DNA from: Octopus vulgaris
Lineage: Eukaryota
NCBI GenBank assembly: GCA_951406725.2
Contig: OX597814.1
Coordinates: 223,572,001 to 223,636,000, forward strand
Direction of reading: 5' to 3'
DNA: 64,000 bases
Shown here: positions 52,013-64,000 of the stretch, in pieces
Numbering within the stretch: the first letter of the stretch is position 1
How the letters are laid out: each line of letters starts with the position of its first letter
The notes under the pieces: generated by a model
What the model was told of the DNA's origin: nothing
The model's input: only the letters and a program-made list of their open reading frames with translations
Databases searched by the model: none
Made by a program: the position numbers and the translations under genes

Positions 52013-54424
52013 ATGCTGGCACAACTGAAAAAGTTGCTGCGTATGACTTACTGCTTACTGTGCAATAGTTACTTGAGTAAAGTAAATGCATAGGCCATGT
52101 TCCAAGTGGACAACAAATTGTTGAATACTTGGGTATCTTCATGAAAAGAGAAGATGAAAATATGTCTCAAAGTTTCATTACTGCTAGTACTTTGGAGGCT
52201 GAAGTGGCAGTATTAGAGCAAACATTGTGAAGTTAGATCGATCCTTTGGTTATAGATTTGTCGAGATATTTCATTGATTTTATTGAATTGTAGAAGTGTG
52301 TGTAAAATGTGTCTGTAAGAAATGAGCATAACATAGAAATGAGTTGGGAACCATCCGTAAGTTATCAATTTCATGTAGTCCTGATTTTAGAAGCACCTGT
52401 CCTTTGGTGCTCTTCTTCTGCAAGAAAGATTGTCATCCCTCTTTTGGATCCTCTTGACAGAGTCTTGCAAACCGATTGGTGCATTTGTTGTTTTCGACGG
52501 TCAGTGACTTCATGCCCGAAAGCAACAACTGGTATGTAAATCACCTGGGTTTTAGAAATATTAGAGTGCTATTTTTCCAAGTACAGGTCTGGATGCTGTG
52601 CAGATATGCCGGAATAAAATTTTCGTAAATCTGATCAAAATGTATGCATTGTCTTCTTTTCCATAGCATTATTGATGGAGACTTCGTGTCTCCGATAAGC
52701 TTATCTATATCTTGATTGACAAGCAATCACCTAACTGACTTCGGAGTCAGTCGGGTGACAGCATGTCAATCTTCCAGACCCTTCCAGTCTAATATATATA
52801 TAGTGATGCCTGTTTTTATTGTGTTTATTACGTTTTTTAACTTCAAAATTAAAAAAAAAAATTGTTTTGAGTTCAATTAGAGTGGTTCTTTCCGATCCCT
52901 CTTCTAAGACATTGAGCCTTCATGGTGTATACGCATAAACATTAGCAGAAGATATATGAGGTATATGATAATCGAAAGCGTATTTTTTCGCTAGGAACAA
53001 AACTTCTACATCTTATTAAGTGTTAAAGACACAAATTTAATCACTTTATTTAAACTGTGCCATTTAAGTTTACAATCCGCCTATCACTTGTTCCACTACA
53101 CTTACCAGCACATAAACTAAATATTAAAGTTTGAGATACTTCGACGGGCAGTTGGTGCCAGAATTTTCGGAACTCCGGAAAATTGTTTTGTGTAAGTTAA
53201 TCACGTCTCTTTACACTTTGAGTTAAATTCTCTAATTATTTTGCTCATTATCTTTCTGACGTCAATAAATTAATGACCAGTCAAATACCGAGGTTAGGCA
53301 TAAATTTGCAGTTGAATACCTAAGTCCAAAACTAAATGTTTCAGCTACGCGCATTGCAGTATATATTTTCATCCCTATAGTATAGAACACATTGAAATAA
53401 CAGCGAGTTGGATATAGAAATTTTTTAAATGTGTTCTTTTAAGATCAGTGATGATAACTCTTGAAATAAAATATACCAAATCTGATTATGAATATTAGAT
53501 TTTAGATCTCCACAAACACAATTTGAAGTTGATTTTATCAAATGTATTTTGAATTATGTTTGTACAAAGATAGGAACTATATGCGTTTACGGAATATTTG
53601 ACAAGGATGGCCATTTGAATTACTTTCGATCAAAAGACTAAATCATTGCTTTATTAAATAATCCCATCGGCATATTTAGCATTGCCTTCTGACCGATATG
53701 ACACTATATCCCTTGAATGTTTCACAATGTGGTCCTACATCAGAATGGCATCGGAAACGATAAAAGAAACTAAAGGGAAGATGAACATAGGAACAACACA
53801 AGAAATAATTTGATTTGTATTCAGTCCGTTTTTATGTTTGTCATTTCTTTTTATGCGATATGTGTAATTATGTTGATTTGAGCGCTAATATATGAATGCC
53901 TTTTTTTCTGGCCGTGAGCAAATGTCTGCACACGTAAGTATTTCTATACACTTCTGTGAACTTATACAACACAATGTTTTCTGTGTCTATTTAATTAAGC
54001 GCAACACACATACACACATACAGAAACATACATAAACAAACTACGCATGCACACGTAAATAAAAAGAAACAAGGGAAAGGGAATAAAATATGGGAATGGA
54101 GTGGCATGCTCGGCACATGTAATTTGATCAGTGAAACCAACGCCGATGGCTACAGGAATCTTATAGTTCCTTAACCAGGTACATTGGAAGATTTTTTTTT
54201 CAGTAAGCAATACTAATGTGAAGGAGTACAAATCACCTTTTCATCTCACATCGTCACAAGTTTCAGAAAGATCAAAACAATACTATTCTTCGCATAAGTA
54301 AACTCCAAGAGGCTGCGTGGCCGCCGGCTTCGTCTTTAGTTGACCAAATTAAATAAATACTAAACTTTATGAAATTAAGTGCTGGCTATTTTTTACTTGC
54401 TACTACATACTAATACATATATAA

Positions 54425-54489
<65 letters not shown>

Positions 54490-54491
<2 letters not shown>

Positions 54492-54534
54492 ACCAATCTT
54501 TGGTCGAAACATATCTAAGTTTTATCTAAGTTTT
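54490..54534 (+). mobile_element. Extremely 5'-truncated CR1 tail (~45 bp)
   Basis: GACCAATCTTTGGTCGAAACATATCTAAGTTTTATCTAAGTTTT matches 25125-25169. Confidence 0.8.
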
Positions 54535-54544
54535 ATATATATAT

Positions 54545-54635
<91 letters not shown>

Positions 54636-54637
54636 TA

Positions 54638-55013
54638 AACTCTCGACTCCGTCGGTTATGAATGACCATGGGTGCACTTAAGAGGTTCCCCTCCGGGGTA
54701 CAAGGCCGGACGGTAGGTCGCCTCGTCGGCAAACGCACAACGCAGGGTTGTATTTTTATAGAAGACCAGCAGTCACCCATGCATACCAGCCTCCCCTCTC
54801 CACGCCACCGATGTTATCCAAAGGAAAGGCAAAGGGGCCGATACAGCTTGGCACCTGTGACGTCGCAACTCATTTCTACAGCTGAACAATCTGGAGCAAC
54901 GTGAAACAAAGTGTCTTGCTCAAGAGCACAACACGTAGCCCGGTCCTGGAATCGAGCTCACAACCTAACGATCGTAAGCTCGACGCTCTAACCACTGAGC
55001 CATGCGCTTTCAC
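54638..55013 (-). mobile_element. tRNA-derived SINE family D (CORE-like CTTGAGCAAGACACTT)
   Basis: A-box TGGCTCAGTGG, B-box-like GCTCGATTCC; related 3' fragment at 55113-55220. Confidence 0.85.
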
Positions 55014-55031
55014 TATATATATATATATATA

Positions 55032-55079
<48 letters not shown>

Positions 55080-55227
55080 CATACCTACATACATATATAT
55101 ATATATATATACTGCGACCCCCTTCGGTCATGACTGACCATCGGATTGTACCTAGGAAGTTACCCTTCCAGGCACAAGTCCGGGCAAGGTTGTCTATGTT
55201 CCGGGCAAAGTTGTCTATAAAGAAATA

Positions 55228-55425
55228 AGAAACGTTAGCACGCCGGGCGAAATACTTAGCGGTATTCCGTGTCTTTACGTTCTGAGTTCAAATTCCGCCG
55301 AGGTCGACTTTGCCTTTCATCCTTTCCGAGATCGATAAATTAAGTACCAGTTACGTATCGGGGTCGATCTAATCGACTGCCACACCCTCTCCAAAAGTTT
55401 CAGGCCTTGTGCCTAGAGTAGAAAA
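55228..55425 (+). mobile_element. SINE family B (alternative tail CCTTGTGCCTAGAGTAGAAA)
   Basis: GAAACGTTAGCACGCCGGGCGAAAT..GAGTTCAAATTCCGCCGAGGTCGACTTTGCC. Confidence 0.9.
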
Positions 55426-56442
55426 TGATTCATGTTTTCCCTAATCACCGGTCATCAACAGTGAAAGCGTGCGGCGCCTCTACTACTAATAACACGACTA
55501 ACTGGAGACTTGATGCAACAATGTTAATGCTGTATTTGTTGCTGCTATTATTGTTGTTGTATAGTCCCGAGTTCGCTCTCAATGAGCAGACCTTATGATG
55601 AAAGACATTCTAGAACAACCCACAATACCGTCGTTATATATTTAAACTTGCTGTGTCTAATATGTCTTTTGTATTTATTGAGACTACGTACACTATGATC
55701 AGAGAGATATTTGGTTGCTATATCCAAAAGGTCAAACGACCTCGTATATAATCCCTCGTTAACTCGTACAACAATTATTTATATAACAGCAGTAAAGTTT
55801 TGATACCGCTCATTTAAAAAACATTCGATCTAGTAATGAATGACCGACCGATTCCTCCAAAGTTTTCAAAATAATAAAACTCATCACATAAGAGATGACC
55901 CTAACCCTATGGCTTCAATATTTGGCTATAGAACTGATCGAATCAAACATATAATGATTTCTAACTTCAGTAAAAAGGCCACAAATTTCTATGAAAGGTT
56001 ATAGGCGATTGATCTTACCCAAATGTAAAGCCATTGTGAATGGAAGTAGTTTATTGCAGTGTTTAGTTACATAGATGCCAATGTTTGGCTTTAACAGTTA
56101 ATACATTGGTTCCGTAATACTAATACACGTATTCTTAACATATTATTAATATCTACGTCTTTTACCCGGGCAATATTAATGCAACATGCTCCAGGGACGC
56201 AAATTTAATTGTGAATGCGGCTTTCCAAAAAAACCATCTCTTCTTTACAGTACTCCTATTACATCCTTATCGGCCGACATTAAAGAACTAAACTGGAGCT
56301 TTGTAGCAATAACCGTTGTTTATATATTAGGCGATTTATACTTTAGAGAGACATGTGTCGATTTATTCTAAATCGTTGATGTCAATTATTTAATAATTTA
56401 TATGCTTTAGATATTTTGGTGGGAAGCATATATACATATATA

Positions 56443-57680
<1,238 letters not shown>

Positions 57681-57797
57681 CTATAGACTCAATATTTCTG
57701 TAAACACACTTACACGGCGGGTGGGGTTGGTTAGGATGCGACCGCTGATCACAAATGCCGCAAAGTAAAAATAGTGAAAGAAAAGACAAACGCGAGC

Positions 57798-57828
<31 letters not shown>

Positions 57829-58154
57829 CGACCACATTTGCTTCCAATTTTTGAATATATGTTATGATGTTGTTTGTCGTTTTGGGATCCTACAGCTTTT
57901 TATTTCAGTTTATCTTTTATTGGAACTCATACTTATTATTAATGAGGATGGCGGTGAAACAGAGTGGCGGAGGAGAAAAGAGGAGAAAGTGGGAGAGAGA
58001 AGATGGAAGGAAGGGGGTGAAGTGGATTTTCATTTATTTCTCTTGTTGCTCCCGCACTTGTTTGTCTTGTTACAAACATGTATAAAAGAGATGCTGACGC
58101 CATTAGCTTTAATGGCTGTGGTTGCTGATCGCTTTGTTTCTCTGATCCTGCAGC

Positions 58155-59325
<1,171 letters not shown>

Positions 59326-60037
59326 CATTATTTCCGTTATTATCGTTCTGAAGTTCCGTGTATGTTTTTGAGAAGACGAATGTAATGCATTGGTTGAGGC
59401 TCTGGTAGCGACGATGATAATGAAGGTGACGACACCCTACCACCACCACCACCACCACCAAGAACAACAACAAATACCACTACGACGATAACGAGGACAA
59501 CGATAACCTTGGTGATACGGATGAAGATCGTCATCATAGTCATAATCACAAGATCACTCTGATATCGCATGTGCTGAATATGATCAACGCTTTCCCTGTT
59601 TGCTTTTACCTTTTGTTTATTTTTTATTGCAGAATTTTTTTTTTTTTTTTTGCAGAAAAGGATTTTTTGATTGCAGAAAAGGATTTTTTGATTACAGAAA
59701 TGGTTTGACACACTCAAAATCCTTCCATGTATTTTGCTACGAGTTCAAATTCTACGTAGCACCAACTTCTGTTTCTTTATTTTTTTTCTTAAAAACACCA
59801 GTAAAGTATAGTGAAAATTTAATTAACTACTAATCTATCCTAATATATGTAGCCATGTGTCTATGGAAGTACATATCCACCGCGGTAGTCTTTGCCTTTC
59901 ATCTCTCTAGGATCGATAACATTCGTTATCAGTCAAATACTGGATTCGATGATATTGCCCGATAGCCCGCCACAGACACACACGCACATACACATCACTG
60001 AAGAAAATTACTGATGGCAATTATTATTATTATTATT

Positions 60038-60511
60038 GAGTTAGAGAGCAGTGCATGCCATCAATGGGATACAAGGGTAAAATATATGAAGCCCAGTATA
60101 CCCATCATGACTACCCGTCTGATAAGGGGACACCAGGCACATGCATCAAAACCATATGTGCGCAACATGGTGATCTCATATCAAGATAAACAGCACATGA
60201 CCTTGCAGTTAGAATTTTCTTCTGGTCGATTAACCCATCCTGCTCAAATGATCCCTGAATAAGGATTGTTTAAGGATGTTGAACGAAACACCCATGTTTA
60301 CATAGGTGAACTAGCCAAACCCCAAAGAATCCCTCTCAACACATGGCTATGATGCTCCCCCACTATTTCTGCCCGTGATCAGAGATGCACATATCGTCAG
60401 CCACTGAGGGACATGCTCAACTGGTTGAGGCCAAGCAAATAACAAGCAAATCTGTGGTACTGAGCAGAATATTTGCTGTAGCCCATCTTTTATACCAAGA
60501 CAAAACAATGT
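60038..60511. mobile_element. Non-coding interspersed repeat associated with (TAA)n, copy 1
   Basis: Reverse-complement match to 61080-61610; preceded by (TTA)n. Confidence 0.8.
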
Positions 60512-60519
60512 GAAAAGAC

Positions 60520-60953
60520 AGAATCGTTAGAGCGCCGAAAAATATATAATGCCTTGCGGCATATCTTCTAGTTTTTCCCATTTTGAGTTAGAATCCGTTG
60601 TGATCGACGTTGCCTTTCTGCGCTCCGGGATTGATAAAGTAAAACATAAGACAAAAACCAATGTCTCCACAAAAACACTTTCTTCAAAAATTGTAGGTCT
60701 TGCGCCTAAATTAGAAACAATTATTTAGATTATTGATTATATATATTGGTTTCAAATTCTGGCACAAGACCAGCAAGTTTGGGGGAGGAGATAAGTCGAT
60801 TATATTAACCTCAGTATTCACCTGGTACATAATTTATCGTCTGCGAAAGGCTGATAGGCAAAGTCGACCACGGCGGCATTTGAACTCGGGAATTAAAGAC
60901 ACACGAAGTCCCTCTAAGCATTTTGCCTGGCGTGCTAAGGATTCTCGCCGACT
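60520..60953. mobile_element. Two degenerate family B SINEs arranged tail to tail (+ 60520-60722, - 60745-60953)
   Basis: GATCGACGTTGCCTTTC on +; GGCAAAGTCGACC..TTTGAACTC on the second copy. Confidence 0.7.
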
Positions 60954-60954
60954 T

Positions 60955-61031
<77 letters not shown>

Positions 61032-61034
<3 letters not shown>

Positions 61035-61610
61035 GCCTTGATGCAGTACCAGGCATTGGCTCTCATGGCTTCTGATCTTAACTGATTGGAAGTGTTATCA
61101 TGTACATCGTTTTGTCTTGGTATAAAAGATGGGCTACAGCAACTATTCTGTTCACAACCACAGATTTGCTTGTCAGTTGTTTGATCTTAACCAGTTGAGC
61201 ATGTCCCTTAGTGGCTGACGATATGTGCATCTCTGACCACGAGCAGAAGTAGTGGGGGAGCATCATAGCCGTGTGTTGAGAGGGATTCTTTGGGGTTTGA
61301 ATATTTCACCTCTAGAAACAAATCCTGAATAAGGTTTGTCTATTATGTATAGACAAACCTGGTTCAGGGACCTTTCAAGCGGGATGTTACTCAACCTAAA
61401 GCAATTCTAACTGGGACCCACCTGCAAAGCCATGTTGGGATACACCTGCAAGTTCATGCGCTGTTTATCTTGATATGAGATCACCATGTCGCGCACATAT
61501 GGTTGTGATGCATGTGCCTGGTGTACCCTTATCAGACCGGTAGTCATGATGGGTATACTGGGCTTCGTATATTTTACCCCAGTGTCACTTTGATGGCATG
61601 CACTGCTCTA
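61032..61610. mobile_element. (TAA)n-associated repeat, copy 2, inverted relative to copy 1
   Basis: Directly follows (AAT)n 60956-61031. Confidence 0.8.
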
Positions 61611-61619
61611 AGCATTTCG

Positions 61620-62003
61620 CAGAGTTTCAAATTTTGCTAGAAGGGCAGCAATTTTGTGTGATAGTTTGGGTCGATTACATCGGCTTCAGTGTTCAAATGG
61701 CATTTATTCTATCGACCCCATAAAGATGAAAGGCAAATTCGACTTCGGCGGAATTTGAACTCAGAAGGTAACGACGGGCGAAATACCTATTTCTTTACTA
61801 CCCATAAGGGGCTAAACACAGAGGGGACGAACAAGGACAGACAAACGGATTAAGTCGATTACATTGACCCCAGTGCGTAATCGGTACTTATTTAATCGAC
61901 CCCGAAAGGATGAAAGGCAAAGTTGACCTCGGCGGAATTTGAACTCAGAACGTAGCGTTAAGCATTTCGTCCAGCGTGCTAACGAACCTGCCATCTTGCC
62001 ACC
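61620..62003 (-). mobile_element. SINE family B dimer
   Basis: Two tandem units joined at ~61787. Confidence 0.85.
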
Positions 62004-62068
62004 TAATAATAATGTTTTTTACTCTAGTCACAAGATCCGAAATTTGGGGGGAGGAGGCCAGTTGGTTA

Positions 62069-62123
62069 GAAGAAGAAGAAGAAGAAGAAGAAGAAGAAGA
62101 AGAAGAAGAAGAAGAAGAAGAAG

Positions 62124-62155
<32 letters not shown>

Positions 62156-62279
62156 GAACAAGAAGAACAAGAAGAACAAGAACAAGAACAAGAAGAGGGA
62201 GGAGAAGAAGAAGAACAAGAACAAGAACAAGAAGAGGGGGGAGAAGAAGTAGAAGAAGAAGAAGAAGAAGAAGAAGAAG

Positions 62280-62311
<32 letters not shown>

Positions 62312-62336
62312 GAAGAAGAAGAAGAAGAAGAAGAAG
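62069..62336. repeat. (GAA)n/(CAA)n compound microsatellite
   Basis: Direct reading. Confidence 0.95.
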
Positions 62337-62467
62337 GTCTTATTTATTAGCTTAATTGTTATTACTGTTCTAATTTTTGCTGTTGAAAATGGTCTTGTTA
62401 AGAAGTGTTTGGTGATGATAACGTAACGAGGATAGTGATGAAGAAGTCGAGTAGGTGTGTAATGGTG

Positions 62468-62505
<38 letters not shown>

Positions 62506-63044
62506 GCAATGTCGATGGCGATGATGATGGTGATATTCATGGCGTTGAAGATTCTCTTCTACTGTCGTAAATATTGCTTTTGCGGAATACATAAATCGTT
62601 GCTTTAGTATGTCTATATTAGTATATATCTTGAAATATATGTATGCATTTTTATTGAACTTCCATTTTTATTTTATTTTTCTTTATGCGCGCGTGTATAT
62701 ATGTATATATGTATGTACGTTGGACCGAGGAAGAGATGAAATCTAAAAAGTTTATATGTTCGGATGTATATGGATAATTAAATGTACGTCCATCTATGTG
62801 TATACGTCCAGGAGTATATGCATGTGTATAAATCCATGTCGTTGCATACAGACATGTAAATGTGTACGGATGTGCTTAATGCAGCTTTAGGCTGTGGTCA
62901 TTTATTTATTTATTTAGGTAGGTCAGGTAGGTAGGTAGGTAGGTAGGTAGGTATGTAGGTAGGTAGGTAGGTAGGTAGGTAGGTAGGTGTTTTCCTGTGG
63001 TTATTATTATTTATCTTTCACTGAGAAGTAAACAAATTAAATTA

Positions 63045-63685
63045 GCGATAAAAGAAGAAAGAAAGGAAAAGTGAGCCGGGAAGAATAATGAAAGAAGGAA
63101 GAATTGGTTCGTGGAGAACGAAGGTAGAAGAAAAAATAATGAATGAAAAAAAATTCTGAAAATGGAAAGGAATGAAGAAAGAAAATATAAAATTTAAAGA
63201 AACAAATAAAGAATGGAGAACGTTTGGAGAATTGAATGTAGAAAGAAAGAAAGAAAAAGAAAGAAAAACATGTTGAGAATTGAAGGTAGAAATAAGGAAG
63301 AAGTGAAAAAAAGAAAAGTGAAGTAAAGAAGTATATAAATTGGATTAGACAAAAGAGAAAAAGCATGAAAGAAGAATGAAAGGAAGAAGAAATTGTCTGG
63401 AAGAACGAAGGAAGAGTGAAAGATAAAGAATGAAGAAAGACTGAAAAATAGAAAAGAATGAAGTATGAACAAAAGAAAGTGAAAAAGGGAGAATGGAAAC
63501 GTTTGGGGGAATGAATGTAGAGAGAATGAAAGAGAGAAAGGAAGATGAAATAAAGAAAAAGAAAGAAAAATACGTTGAGGAATGAAAGTAGAAAGGGAGA
63601 AGGAAAGAAAAGTGAGAGAAAGAAAAATGAATGAAAGACAAAAAGAGAGGGATTTGTAAAGAAAGAAAGAAAGATAGAAAGAAGT
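63045..63685. repeat. Purine-rich tract containing a diverged ~290 bp tandem duplication
   Basis: AGAACGAAGG..GAATGG..AACGTTTGG..TGAATGTAGA..GTTGAG.A.TGAA.GTAGAAA occurs twice in the same order. Confidence 0.7.
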
Positions 63686-63952
63686 TTGTTATGGGTGTAA
63701 AATATCCAAAAGAAAATTTATTGAAACCTCTAATATAAAAGTTGATTATCGTGATTGAATGGGAAGCACAACTAATCGTTCGTTTGGGTCTACTAATTGG
63801 AGATTTACAACTATTACTGTATTGTTTGGGGAAGGAATGATAGGGTGCGTTTGTATTGTGTAGCTATTGTTGTGTCCCTTATCAAATGGAAAGAAATCCA
63901 GCTGAATAGAGTAGCAAAAATAAATGTTGTAAGATGTATATAACACACTTGT

Positions 63953-64000
<48 letters not shown>

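Noticed and set aside
59650-59700. 21-bp tandem repeat (2.4 copies); similar short duplications at 55179-55219 and 61413-61457
   Set aside because: Ordinary local slippage duplications
61976-62350. Poly-Glu/Gln ORF
   Set aside because: (GAA)n/(CAA)n microsatellite starting inside SINE sequence

Overview
AT-rich, microsatellite-saturated animal DNA, most likely a cephalopod (Octopus-like tRNA-derived SINE families and repeat landscape). It reads as intergenic sequence or part of a very long intron, and I could not support any host-gene exon. Almost all ORFs in the track are translations of (TA)n/(TG)n/(GATA)n/(TAA)n/(GAT)n/(GAA)n repeats. The real coding remnants are all transposon-derived: three RLE-type (R4/Dong-like) non-LTR pieces, two CR1-clade LINE pieces (one ~2.9 kb with APE and RT), three copies of one Penelope-like (GIY-YIG) family, Tc1 and mariner fragments, and two Helitron PIF1-helicase remnants. 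Non-coding mobile elements include about 20 SINE copies from at least four families, two RTE-like elements, MITEs and a non-autonomous Helitron. The most interesting layer is non-coding. About ten minimal hammerhead-ribozyme-like motifs (CUGANGA...GAAAC..GUH) from at least six sequence families are present, several in fold-back pairs and some with core variants (CUGUYGA, CCGACGA, a ~100-nt extended stem II). A covarying 3' stem-loop is shared by CR1 LINEs and a SINE, and there are several templated or inverted rearrangements. All structure calls were made by eye and need computational and experimental checking.
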